Assembly (NCBI GenBank): GCA_033764315.1 | Contig: JANRJA010000023.1 | Coordinates: 32,001 to 96,000 of the forward strand | Reading direction: 5' to 3' | From: Oculatellaceae cyanobacterium bins.114 | GTDB taxonomy: Bacteria > Cyanobacteriota > Cyanobacteriia > Elainellales > Elainellaceae | Length of the DNA: 64,000 bases | Part shown: positions 49,170 to 59,018 of the stretch, piece after piece | Numbering within the stretch: position 1 is the first letter of the stretch | Layout of the letters: each line of letters starts with the position of its first letter | Position numbers and translations under genes: made by a program | Notes under the pieces: model-generated | The model's database searches: none | What the model saw: only the letters and a program-made list of their open reading frames with translations | What the model was told of the DNA's origin: nothing

Positions 49170-49499
49170 ATCAGCGTTGTTTACATATTGGCAGTTGGGC
49201 GGAAAGAAGGCGATCGATTGTTTATTGCAGATCAAGAGGTAAATCTCGATGAAATGATTAAACTATCAACTGCATCAAAACCCTTATCTGCCTATACAGA
49301 CAAATTTGCTGATGAAATGATTGTTTTAACCTTACATGGAAAGACGATTGCAGTTGTTACCGCCATCAAAGATATTGATCCTGAACCCTTTTCTCTAAGC
49401 ACCAATCCTGATTCTTTAGCCATCATTCAGAATATACAGTAAGAATTCAAAGCAGGTAGGAAACTGTTGTTGGAAGAGATGAAACAAGAAATTTTGTAG
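49170..49499 (+). pseudogene. Decayed type II toxin-antitoxin pair (RelE-like C-terminal fragment plus interrupted antitoxin)
   Basis: VVYILAVGRKEGDRLFIADQEVNL resembles a RelE-type C-terminus. It is fused to MIKLSTASKPLSAY...IVLTLHGKTIAV...SLSTNPD..AII, with an in-frame TAA at 49440 before EFKAGRKLLLEEMKQEIL*. Confidence 0.6.
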
Positions 49500-49602
49500 T
49501 AGAGCACTCGAGAACTATGCAGTATCAAGGCATAATCTCGATCGAGTTTGGAAAGTGGAGCAGTAAATTTTGTCTTTGTGGGATATCTAACCTAAAGTCG
49601 CA

Positions 49603-50511
49603 ATGTCAGATCTAGCCAGTATTGAAAAACTTAAGTTAGAGAAACTGCTGGAAATGGAGAGCGGTTATGTACTTGATTTTTCAAACTTTACCTTTAAGGA
49701 ATTCATCCTGGAAAATCTGAATATTGATATATATGACGAAAAATATAACTATCGAAGTGGCTCAAAAGCAAACCGTTTAAGGGGCTTTTGGGTAGAAGAA
49801 CCTAATTTCATAGTAGGAAACCTTTTAGAAAAATTATTAGAGTATTGGAAGACAAAAAAGCTAATAGCTGGGAAAGCTATTACGCCTGAAGATGAAATGT
49901 TATTTAATGAATGTCAAAAAATTGTTGAAAGGCTGAAAGGAGACCCTGTAAAGCAAAAGAGTGAGGAAATTAAAAATCAGGAAGAATTCTCTTTTATTCG
50001 AGCAAATCTTTTGCTTGAATTTGATAGGTTTGCGCTTTTAGAAAAGGCAGAAGATAAGAGACAGAGGGGATTCCTGCTTGAAGACTTGCTAAATCGCTTT
50101 TTTTCACTCTATGAAATTCCGACACAAAAAAGCTTTAAGAGAAATGAAGGTGGAGAACAAATAGACGGAGCTTTTAAGCTTGATGGCTGGTACTATTTAG
50201 TTGAATGTAAATGGACTGAAAATCTAACAGATATAAGACAACTTGACAGTCTTTATGGAAAAGTAAACCGTTCTGGCAGGCAGACATTAGGGCTTTTTTT
50301 ATCAGTTAATGGTTGGTCAAAGAATGTGTGTCCTTTATTGAAGCAAAATAATGACAAATCTATTATCCTAATGGATGGTTTTGACTTGCGATCTGTTCTC
50401 GTTGAAGAGAATAACTTACATTTGAGAGATTTACTTTTAAAGAAACTAGAACATCTAAATTTTGAAGGAGAACCTTTTTACAGTGCAAATCTCCTTTTAA
50501 GGGATATCTGA
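49603..50511 (+). CDS. Abi-type N-terminal domain fused to an Mrr-like PD-(D/E)xK restriction endonuclease domain
   Basis: N-terminal MESGYVLDFSN.TF...IDIYDEKY...GSKANRLRGFW; C-terminal RGFLLE...EQIDGAFKLDGWYYLVECKW; AT-rich with no HIP1. Confidence 0.8.
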   Translation: MSDLASIEKLKLEKLLEMESGYVLDFSNFTFKEFILENLNIDIYDEKYNYRSGSKANRLRGFWVEEPNFIVGNLLEKLLEYWKTKKLIAGKAITPEDEMLFNECQKIVERLKGDPVKQKSEEIKNQEEFSFIRANLLLEFDRFALLEKAEDKRQRGFLLEDLLNRFFSLYEIPTQKSFKRNEGGEQIDGAFKLDGWYYLVECKWTENLTDIRQLDSLYGKVNRSGRQTLGLFLSVNGWSKNVCPLLKQNNDKSIILMDGFDLRSVLVEENNLHLRDLLLKKLEHLNFEGEPFYSANLLLRDI

Positions 50512-50632
50512 AAAGTTTTGGTAGTGGGTGGCAAATCAGTTTAGATTCCCTCTTTAAGTCTCTTTAAAGGTTGAAGGCTTTTCCTCCTTTTCTAACTGAG
50601 GGAAATATAGAAACACTTAAAATCGTTAGCAT

Positions 50633-51196
50633 CTAAAGCTTCAACCAGCCAAACACATCAGCAATCGTGAGTTGCAAGTTAGCCACCAAATCGGGAATAG
50701 GTAAAACGTCTTGGTCTTCTTGAAGAAACTCAGGTTGTTGTCCAGATGGATAGATCAGCAGCGATCGCTCTTCTGGATCAATCAGCCACCCCATCTGACA
50801 ACCATGCTTTAAGCAATGCAGAATATTGCCTGTTACTTTTGTTGGGCTTTGATCTGGAGAGAGAATCTCGATCGTCCAATCTGGACAAACGGGGAAGACA
50901 TTGGCAATGTCACCATTATCATCAACAGGAATTCGATTCCATGAAAAAACTGAAACATCCGGAACAATCGAGCGATCGCCAAAGGTACACCTTAATTCTG
51001 GGAAGGCATGGGCAACTCGTTGCTTTTTGACAACAGTGTTAATTGCCGTAACCAGTTCACCCTGAATAATGCTGTGTTTTCCCTGTGGCATTGGTTTTTG
51101 AATGACTCGCCCATCGATATATTCACTCGCTGGTTTTGTTTCTGGTAACTTCAGAAACTCCTCCAGCGTGATTGTTTTTTCTGGCACCTGTACCAT
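50633..51196 (-). CDS. Uma2 family endonuclease
   Basis: LEEFLKLPETKPASEY, PELRCTF, VPDVSVF, PDWTIEILSPDQS and GWLIDP. Confidence 0.92.
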   Translation of the reverse strand: MVQVPEKTITLEEFLKLPETKPASEYIDGRVIQKPMPQGKHSIIQGELVTAINTVVKKQRVAHAFPELRCTFGDRSIVPDVSVFSWNRIPVDDNGDIANVFPVCPDWTIEILSPDQSPTKVTGNILHCLKHGCQMGWLIDPEERSLLIYPSGQQPEFLQEDQDVLPIPDLVANLQLTIADVFGWLKL

Positions 51197-51437
51197 CAGA
51201 GGAATTCCCTTGGCTCAACAGCAATCTGGCAAGAAAGAAGGGCACAACCCACCCAAAGGGTATGCCCCATTTTAACTTCGCTTGTACGTCTACACAGGCA
51301 GCAGTGTGTCTAGAATTTCCATCGGCAGATCTAGACAAAAAGGACGTATTAGCAGTGGGGTGAAGTTCGGTAAGCTCGAATTGGTGCCATTTGCTGCTCT
51401 GGTTACAGACGTAACTTTGCTTTTGTAAGCTGGTTTG

Positions 51438-52016
51438 CTATGGATTGACCGATTTCACTGTCCACTCATGATCAATCTGCTGATAAATAAAGCGGTTTTG
51501 CGGCTCACCTCTCAATTCCAGGTGATCCACCAGAGTTGGTTCAAGCAGTAATAGACAGAAGGTAGGAAGTGGATTGAGTGGATCGGGCGGTGGTGGCGTG
51601 AATGGGTCATCGGGCGATCGCAGTTGCCCCGGCTCAGCCCAGGCAAATTGCACCCGTGCGGCATCTGAGAGTTCTTGCCACTGAATCTGTCGAGCTTTGA
51701 CCAGGTTAAGGTCGGCGTGGCTCTCTTGTATTAGAACCAGTTGCCCCAACAGGCGAAACTGCTCACGAGTCTTGGGAAAGTACCAACACACTTCGCCCCA
51801 AGCATTTTGCGGAATCTGCACAGCTTTTTCACTGCGATCGTCTGTGATGAATTTAAGCTGGTTGGTGTCTTCTAAAAAACCCCGAAAGACGATAGTGCGG
51901 TTTGCAGGTCGTCCATCCGATCGCACGGTTGCTAGTTGCACATAACGAGCATAGACTAGAGCGCGATTGCGATGAAGTGCACGAGCGATCGCTGACCTCC
52001 AGGGAGCTAATGTCAT
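51438..52016 (-). CDS. FMN-binding pyridoxamine 5'-phosphate oxidase-like protein (Npun_F5749-like)
   Basis: QLATV..DGRPANRTIVFRGF, TDDRSEK, CWYFPKTREQFR and VDHLEL. Confidence 0.88.
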   Translation of the reverse strand: MTLAPWRSAIARALHRNRALVYARYVQLATVRSDGRPANRTIVFRGFLEDTNQLKFITDDRSEKAVQIPQNAWGEVCWYFPKTREQFRLLGQLVLIQESHADLNLVKARQIQWQELSDAARVQFAWAEPGQLRSPDDPFTPPPPDPLNPLPTFCLLLLEPTLVDHLELRGEPQNRFIYQQIDHEWTVKSVNP

Positions 52017-52025
52017 GGAGACGTG

Positions 52026-52538
52026 TTACTCCTGTGCCCGCAGGGTGTAGCTATAGCGTGCTCCAGAATCAAAAGAGCCAACCCAAACGCGATAGGTTCC
52101 CGCCGATAATCTCCCAGTTTGAATGCTGGCATCTTTGTTGCGCCCTGTGTCATCACCACACAGCATCGCACCATCGGGAGCTTGAATCGCTAAGGTAGTG
52201 TCGTTGCCGCCACTGTCTACTTGAAGTGTTAAGTTGCCAAAGTTCTGTTCTAGAACTAACAGATGGTCAGGGGTGGATGACGCGCTAAAGCCTAAGCAAA
52301 GATTGCCATTGCGATCGCGATTTTCGAGGGAGGACAGAGAAAAGGAACCACCTGTGTAACCTTGAGCGGCTCCTGCTGCTGCTGAGAATCCAGGAGCGAT
52401 CGTAATCGAGTCAAAATTAGCCGCTTGAGCTAACACGGGCAACGCACTCACCCCAAGCAACACGCTCGCAGTGGCGATCGCACGGGCGTGTTGAGTAATC
52501 TTTTTAAGAGTTAACTGTAGTGTTGTCTTCATAGCCAT
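52026..52538 (-). CDS. Secreted protein with a PPC-like beta domain
   Basis: Signal peptide ending VLA-Q; CLGF...PDHLL, DTTL, CGDD and GTYRVWVGS. Confidence 0.75.
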   Translation of the reverse strand: MAMKTTLQLTLKKITQHARAIATASVLLGVSALPVLAQAANFDSITIAPGFSAAAGAAQGYTGGSFSLSSLENRDRNGNLCLGFSASSTPDHLLVLEQNFGNLTLQVDSGGNDTTLAIQAPDGAMLCGDDTGRNKDASIQTGRLSAGTYRVWVGSFDSGARYSYTLRAQE

Positions 52539-52645
52539 ACAAAGGGAACTCGATACAAGATCTATTAGATCCTGTATTTATTTTGACTAATTGGGTGATG
52601 AATGAGTTCCTTGGATGTGCCACCTCGTAAACCGGGTTTTTGGGG

Positions 52646-55543
52646 TTAAAACTTGCCGATCAGTGCTTCAATGCACCGTTCACAGAGTAGCGGATGTTCT
52701 GCCGACTCGCCCACATGAGTGGAATAGTTCCAGCAGCGATCGCACTTCTTGCCCTCTGCCTCAACTACCCCAATCGCCAACCCATCAGTTTTAGAACTAT
52801 ATTTCAAGCCGTCTAACGGAGTTGCAGAGTCAAGTAATTCGACCTGAGAGGTCAAAAAGAGATAACGCAACTCATCAACGCGATCGCCACTTAGACTATC
52901 CTCTGGGTTGAGCGATCGCAACTTGTCTTGCACAACCGGATCAGCCACATAAAGCTGTACTTTGGCTTCTAACGAAGAGCCAATCGCTTTCTCTGCTCTA
53001 GCTTGCTCAAACACCTTGTTGACTTCAGTCCGAATAACGCGAAGGTGTTGCCAGGTAGTGCCCAGTTCGGGTTGCTTCCAACCCTCTTCTAGCGTCACCC
53101 AACCCGACTCAAACACCGAGGTATAAGGAGTTTTATAGGGCAGATATTGCCAGATATCCTCGGCTAAGTGAGATAAGACAGGGGCGATCGCCCGTGCCAG
53201 GTTTTCGATCGCGATCGCCAACACAGTTTGACAACTGCGTCGCCGCAACGTATCTTCTGCGCTGATATAGAGCCGATCCTTAGCAATATCTAGATAAAAG
53301 TTCGATAAATCAACCACACAGAAGTTTTGCACGGTTTGAAAAAACCGGAAGAACTCAAAGCTCTCAAACGCCTCTGTCACCTCAGCAAACACCTCTGTCA
53401 TCCGGTGCAGCATGTAGCGATCGAGTTCAGGCAGTTGCTCGTAGGCAACCGTGTGTTGTGTCGGGTCAAAGTCATGCAAGTTGCCCAACAGAAAACGAGC
53501 CGTGTTGCGAATCTTGCGATACACATCCGCCATCTGTTTCAGGATGTTCTTACCTAACGGCACATCCGACGAATAATCGACCGAAGACACCCACAACCGC
53601 AACACATCCACCCCATAGGGCGGATCTTCTTTTTGATTTTTGCCACCTTCGATCACCACAGCTGGGTCAACCACGTTCCCCAGCGACTTGCTCATTTTGC
53701 GCCCCTGCTCATCCAGCGCAAACCCATGCGTCAAGACTGTTTTATACGGTGCATAACCATTCGTTGCCACACTGGTCAGCAAACTAGATTGAAACCATCC
53801 CCGATGTTGGTCTGAGCCTTCCAGATACATATCCACCGGATATTGCATGCCCTCACGTTGATTGGCGACTGCTGCCCACGACGAGCCAGAGTCAAACCAG
53901 ACATCCATCGTATCCATCCCTTTGCGATAGGTATGCCCATTGTTGCGATAGGTCTCAGGCAATAACTCCTCAACAGACATTTCCCACCAGGCATCTGAGC
54001 CTTTTTCGGCAAAGACACGCTGGACATGCAAAATGATGTCTTCGTTGAGCAACGGTTCCCCGGTTGACTCCTCATAAAACACCGGGATTGGCACCCCCCA
54101 ACTGCGTTGACGCGAGATACACCAGTCCGATCGCTCAGACACCATAGCGGTAATCCGGTTTTCGCCCTGCTCTGGAATCCAACGAACTTGTTTAATCGCC
54201 GCTAATGCTTCGTCCCGAAACCCCTCAACCGAGGCAAACCACTGTTCTGTTGCCCGAAAGATCGTGGGCTGCTTGGTACGCCAATCATACGGATAGCGGT
54301 GCACGTAATCTTCTTCTTTGAGCAGAGACTTGGCTTCTGTCAACGCCTGAATGATAGCAGGGTTTGCATTTTTTAGCACATTGAGTCCCTGGAAGGGACC
54401 TGCTTCTTCTGTGAAAACGCCATTATCATCTACTGGCGACAAAATCGGTAACTCGTACTGCATGCCCACTCTAAAGTCATCTTCACCGTGACCTGGAGCC
54501 GTGTGAACTAGACCAGTGCCTGACTCGGTCGTGACATAATCGCCACCAATCACAATCGGGCTTTCGCGGTCAAACAACGGATGGCGATAGGTAGAATACT
54601 CTAGATCTTTGCCGGATAGGGTTGCCTTAACCGTTAACCCAGTTGCAAACACCTGAGACAATCGCTCAACCAGATCTTGAGCCACGATCAGATAACGGAA
54701 GGGGTGAGCTGGCTCTCCGTAGGCTGCGACTTCAACCACGGCATAGGTCAACTCAGGATTGACTGCCACTGCCATGTTGGCAGGAATCGTCCAGGGAGTC
54801 GTCGTCCAGATGGCCACACCGAGTTCTGATAAGTACCCGTCTAATAGGGGTTTGGCAGCCTCTGAGAGGCTGACCATCGGGAAAGCGGCATAGATGCTGC
54901 GCGATGTGTGACCTTCAGGATATTCCAACTCTGCTTCTGCAAGGGCTGTTTTAGAACTGGGACTCCAGTGAACAGGTTTTAACCCCCGATAGATATAGCC
55001 TTTTAACACCATTTGACCAAATACACCGATTTGAGCGGCTTCATAGTCAGGTGTGAGGGTGAGATAGGGATGCTCCCAATCGCCCCAGATGCCATAGCGC
55101 ATAAAGCTTTTGGCTTGCTGTTGTTGTTGCTCGATCGCCCAGGCTCTGGCTCGTTTCCGCAACTCAATGGGAGTCAAATTTTCCCGCTCTGCGGGTTTCA
55201 TCGCTTGCAAAACTTTCAACTCAATGGGCAGACCGTGACAATCCCAACCAGGGATGTAGCGCACCTTACGCCCCTGCAAGAGTTGATATTTGTTGATAAT
55301 ATCCTTCAAAGTTTTGTTGAGAGCGTGACCAATATGCAATGGACCGTTTGCGTAGGGAGGGCCATCATGGAGAATAAACGGTTCTTTGGGATTCGTTTGA
55401 GACAATTTTTCGTAAATCTGATTGTCACGCCAAAACGCTTGCAGTTCTGGCTCCCGCTTCACTGCATTTGCCCGCATATCAAACGCGGTTTTGGGCAAAT
55501 TAACCGTATCTTTATAGCTTCCTGGTTCTGTCACGATCGCCAA
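52646..55543 (-). CDS. ileS: Isoleucine--tRNA ligase
   Basis: HDGPPYANG, HIGH, GWDCHGLP, KMSKS and a C-terminal zinc finger CDRC...CERC. Start is TTG 55543 or GTG 55534. Confidence 0.98.
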   Translation of the reverse strand: MAIVTEPGSYKDTVNLPKTAFDMRANAVKREPELQAFWRDNQIYEKLSQTNPKEPFILHDGPPYANGPLHIGHALNKTLKDIINKYQLLQGRKVRYIPGWDCHGLPIELKVLQAMKPAERENLTPIELRKRARAWAIEQQQQQAKSFMRYGIWGDWEHPYLTLTPDYEAAQIGVFGQMVLKGYIYRGLKPVHWSPSSKTALAEAELEYPEGHTSRSIYAAFPMVSLSEAAKPLLDGYLSELGVAIWTTTPWTIPANMAVAVNPELTYAVVEVAAYGEPAHPFRYLIVAQDLVERLSQVFATGLTVKATLSGKDLEYSTYRHPLFDRESPIVIGGDYVTTESGTGLVHTAPGHGEDDFRVGMQYELPILSPVDDNGVFTEEAGPFQGLNVLKNANPAIIQALTEAKSLLKEEDYVHRYPYDWRTKQPTIFRATEQWFASVEGFRDEALAAIKQVRWIPEQGENRITAMVSERSDWCISRQRSWGVPIPVFYEESTGEPLLNEDIILHVQRVFAEKGSDAWWEMSVEELLPETYRNNGHTYRKGMDTMDVWFDSGSSWAAVANQREGMQYPVDMYLEGSDQHRGWFQSSLLTSVATNGYAPYKTVLTHGFALDEQGRKMSKSLGNVVDPAVVIEGGKNQKEDPPYGVDVLRLWVSSVDYSSDVPLGKNILKQMADVYRKIRNTARFLLGNLHDFDPTQHTVAYEQLPELDRYMLHRMTEVFAEVTEAFESFEFFRFFQTVQNFCVVDLSNFYLDIAKDRLYISAEDTLRRRSCQTVLAIAIENLARAIAPVLSHLAEDIWQYLPYKTPYTSVFESGWVTLEEGWKQPELGTTWQHLRVIRTEVNKVFEQARAEKAIGSSLEAKVQLYVADPVVQDKLRSLNPEDSLSGDRVDELRYLFLTSQVELLDSATPLDGLKYSSKTDGLAIGVVEAEGKKCDRCWNYSTHVGESAEHPLLCERCIEALIGKF

Positions 55544-55795
55544 ATAATGAAGGATATCAAGGATTGTATCGAACCATTATCAATCACAACTTCCCTTTGC
55601 TTCAAGGTCATCCCCCGATTTGCTGGGTACTTCTAATTGAGAACAGTGAAATTTGTGTCAATTTCTCTGACCAGTGCGAAGAAATGGTTACGGTTATAAC
55701 ATTACTGTTGCCGTCTACCCTGTCAAAGCTGTTATAAAACGGAAGGTTGAAATCACTGCCTGCAATTCAACCCCAATCTGCAATAGGAGAAGGGT

Positions 55796-57400
55796 ATGAG
55801 TGTCACTCACATGGGGTTCTCCAATCATCGAGTTGGAACAACTGGGGAGCCATTGGGTCGTGGCACTGCATCTCAGTTCGCTACCCGATTGCTTCAGTCT
55901 AGCAATTTAGAGTTGTTTATTACCAAAGGCTTCAAGCCGTTTGCTGAGAATCACACGAACGCGATCGCCCAAAACTCGTTTGCCCCCTTGGGTCGCTCTG
56001 AGAGACCTGATCTGAGCCGTCGGAGCAAAGCCCGTGTGCCTGTGCCTATTAGTCGGGGTGCGATCGCTCAAAGACAGCGGATCAGAGGGTCACTCAGCCG
56101 CACCGATGGCAGTAACACGCAACGCGATGGCAGCTATGCCGATGATTTTGTGGTGCGAGGAACAAGGGTAGGTCAGCGAGTGGAGGTGACTTTAACGGCT
56201 TCCCGATTTGACACCTACCTGCAACTGATCAATCTCCGCACCGGACGAGAACTGCTGTATGGCGATGATGTGAGTGAATCGAACACTAACTCGCGGTTAG
56301 TTTTTACAGTGCAACGGGGAGGGCGTTATGTCGTGCGGGTCACTAGCTTTCGTCGGGCTGCCACAGGTGGATATGTGTTAAAGAGCCAGACAGTAGATCA
56401 ATCTGCGAGTCATTTCAATTTCTATTCGGGCTATGGGTTGGTCAACGCGGCAGCCACGACGGCAGGGGCTTTGGAACAACTCCCCTTTCCTGATGTGCCT
56501 AACTTAGGTGGCAGCGACCAGGGACTCGATCTGGTCAACGCGCCAGAGGTGTGGGCACAGGGCTTTACAGGGCAGGGCATTACGGTTGCCGTCTTAGACG
56601 ATGGGGTAGATTACAATCACCCTGACCTGGTAAGCAACATTTGGAGCAACCCCAATGAGATTGCAGGCAATGAGATTGATGACGATGGCAATGGGTTTAT
56701 AGACGATGTGCGGGGGTGGGATTTTGCTAACCATGACAATGATCCCTCTCCAGTTGCCCAAGATGGACATGGCACCCACGTTGCCGGAACGATCGCCGCC
56801 AGCCGTAATGGGTTTGGCATCACTGGGGTTGCTTACAACGCTCGGATTATGCCCGTTCGAGTGGATGGTGATTTTAATTCTCTCAGCCAGTTTGATGGGG
56901 CGATCGCCGCTGGTATCCACTATGCCGTGCAAAACGGGGCAAGGGTGCTGAGTATGAGCCTTGGCAACAACCCCAATAGTCCACCGCTGCCCCTGACAGA
57001 GGCGGCTTTGAGAGTGGCTGAACAGGCAGGTGTGATTGCCGTTAGTGCCTCTGGCAATGAACGTCAAAGCTATGGAGCTGTGCGCCCGATTGAACCCGCC
57101 TCCTATGCGGCTCAAGATTTAGGAATTGCGGTCGGTTCCCTTGATTTTAATCGAGTACTCGATCGCGACTCCAATCCAGCGGGGGCACAACGCCTTGATT
57201 TTGTGGTGGCACCTGGAGTCGAGATTCTCTCAACGGTGCTCAATGGCACCTATGACACCAAGACAGGCACCTCAATGGCAACTCCCCATGTATCAGGTGT
57301 GGTGGCGTTGATGCTGAGTGCAAACCCCAATTTGACCCCTGCCCAAGTCGAAGATTTATTGATGACCACTGCCAATCCCAACGGCATTCGTTTTATTTAA
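55796..57400 (+). CDS. Subtilisin-like S8 serine peptidase with N-terminal PPC-like domain
   Basis: Catalytic triad VAVLDDG / HGTHVAG / GTSMATPHV. Confidence 0.92.
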   Translation: MSVTHMGFSNHRVGTTGEPLGRGTASQFATRLLQSSNLELFITKGFKPFAENHTNAIAQNSFAPLGRSERPDLSRRSKARVPVPISRGAIAQRQRIRGSLSRTDGSNTQRDGSYADDFVVRGTRVGQRVEVTLTASRFDTYLQLINLRTGRELLYGDDVSESNTNSRLVFTVQRGGRYVVRVTSFRRAATGGYVLKSQTVDQSASHFNFYSGYGLVNAAATTAGALEQLPFPDVPNLGGSDQGLDLVNAPEVWAQGFTGQGITVAVLDDGVDYNHPDLVSNIWSNPNEIAGNEIDDDGNGFIDDVRGWDFANHDNDPSPVAQDGHGTHVAGTIAASRNGFGITGVAYNARIMPVRVDGDFNSLSQFDGAIAAGIHYAVQNGARVLSMSLGNNPNSPPLPLTEAALRVAEQAGVIAVSASGNERQSYGAVRPIEPASYAAQDLGIAVGSLDFNRVLDRDSNPAGAQRLDFVVAPGVEILSTVLNGTYDTKTGTSMATPHVSGVVALMLSANPNLTPAQVEDLLMTTANPNGIRFI

Positions 57401-57412
57401 GGAGCAATAACG

Positions 57413-58927
57413 GTGTTATTTAGGGGCGATCGCCAACTGGCTCAAACCAACCTTCAAACAACGCATCCCCTGACAACCACTCGTTCCAGTCAGGTTTACT
57501 CGGCCTATTCCACCCCCTTAGTCCCAACGCTTTCCGCGACTGCCCAATCCTTGAGACATGCCTTTTCAGGGACAAAATCCGATATTCGACCGACTCCCTC
57601 TCGACCGACCCGCATTCTGCGAGCCAATCAACAGTTACGGGGTAGCTTGAGCATTTCAGACCGCCTAAACCCTTTGGGTGCAGGCATTGATCTCTTTTCT
57701 GATGATTACCGTTTAACCCAAGTCAGGGCAGGACAACAAGTTCATATCCAGTTGAGTGCTCCTAACTTTAACCCCACATTACAACTGGTTAACGCTCGCA
57801 CAGGGCGGCTCATTCGCGAGGGCGGTGTTGCGCTGACTTTTACGGTGCGTCGTGGCACCCGTTATCTGGTTCGAGTCACCAGCACCTATACCCGTGAAAC
57901 TGGCGACTATCGCCTCAGCACCAAACGATTTACCCCCCGCTCGACGGATCAGTTCAACTTCTTTTGGGGCTATGGGTTAGTTAATGCTGCTGCTGCTGTA
58001 GCGAGTGTCGCTGGTCAAGGTGAATTTCCTGATGTCACCAATTTAGATGGCACTCGCTGGGGACTCGACCTCGTCAAAGCACCAGAAGTGTGGGCACAGG
58101 GCTACACGGGGCAGGGCGTGACCGTCGCCGTTTTAGATGAGGGAGTCGATTACACCCATCCAGCCTTGAGTAACAACATCTGGAGCAATGCAGATGAGAT
58201 TGCCGATAACGGCATTGATGACGATCGCAATGGGTTTATTGACGATGTTCGAGGCTGGAATTTTGTCGATAACAATAATGACCCCGATGATTCAGGGGGA
58301 CATGGCACCCATGTTGCCGGGACGATCGCTGCCTCACAAGAAGGGTTGGGGGTGACAGGTGTGGCTTACAACGCTCGCATTATGCCCGTTCGGGTCTTGG
58401 GCAGTGAGGGCGGCACCGATGATGGAGTCGCGTTGGGAATTTGCTATGCGGTTGAAAATGGCGCAGATATTATCAATATGAGCCTGGGACGCTTTTTAGG
58501 TGGGCCTCTCAGTCCCGATGTGCAAGCGGCTTTGAGAGTGGCACGAGACCGAGGAGTGGTAGTGGTGATCGCCGCCGGAAACGAACGTCAAAGTTTAGGG
58601 GCAACGCGATCGCAAAAATATACCTCCTTCATTGGCACCTATGATCTGGGCATTTCCGTTGGCTCGATCACCAGTCGTCGGCAAGTTAACAGCTTCTCAA
58701 ATCCAGCGGGCAACAGCCCATCTGCTTTCTTTGTGGCTCCTGGGTTTGATATTCGCTCGACGATTCCCGGTGATAGCTATTTCTATGACAGTGGCACCTC
58801 AATGGCGACTCCCCATGTAGCTGGAGTTGTAGCCCTGATGTTGAGTGCCAACCCCGACCTTACCCCTGATCAAATAGAAGACATTCTGGCGGCCACTGCC
58901 AATCGAGGGTTAAGTTTGGTGTTGTAG
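57413..58927 (+). CDS. Subtilisin-like S8 serine peptidase with N-terminal PPC-like domain (tandem paralog)
   Basis: Catalytic triad VAVLDEG / HGTHVAG / GTSMATPHV; AGGAG RBS before the GTG start. Confidence 0.92.
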   Translation: MLFRGDRQLAQTNLQTTHPLTTTRSSQVYSAYSTPLVPTLSATAQSLRHAFSGTKSDIRPTPSRPTRILRANQQLRGSLSISDRLNPLGAGIDLFSDDYRLTQVRAGQQVHIQLSAPNFNPTLQLVNARTGRLIREGGVALTFTVRRGTRYLVRVTSTYTRETGDYRLSTKRFTPRSTDQFNFFWGYGLVNAAAAVASVAGQGEFPDVTNLDGTRWGLDLVKAPEVWAQGYTGQGVTVAVLDEGVDYTHPALSNNIWSNADEIADNGIDDDRNGFIDDVRGWNFVDNNNDPDDSGGHGTHVAGTIAASQEGLGVTGVAYNARIMPVRVLGSEGGTDDGVALGICYAVENGADIINMSLGRFLGGPLSPDVQAALRVARDRGVVVVIAAGNERQSLGATRSQKYTSFIGTYDLGISVGSITSRRQVNSFSNPAGNSPSAFFVAPGFDIRSTIPGDSYFYDSGTSMATPHVAGVVALMLSANPDLTPDQIEDILAATANRGLSLVL

Positions 58928-58944
58928 GAGGGGGAAATCGGTGA

Positions 58945-58971
58945 GAGAGACACGATTAATCGCGTCTGTAC
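58945..58971. repeat. REP-like palindrome GAGAGACACGATTAATCGCGTCTGTAC
   Basis: Same family as 30780 and 47069; lies between convergent genes. Confidence 0.7.
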
Positions 58972-59018
58972 TGAAAAGGTATGGTCAATACCTTCTGCCT
59001 TCTATACCCTTCCCTCGT

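Noticed and set aside
54708-54728. SDR-like fragment (gctggctctccgtaggctgcg) in a variable loop of ileS
   Set aside because: There are no HIP1 flanks or clear hairpin, and it lies in a naturally variable loop.
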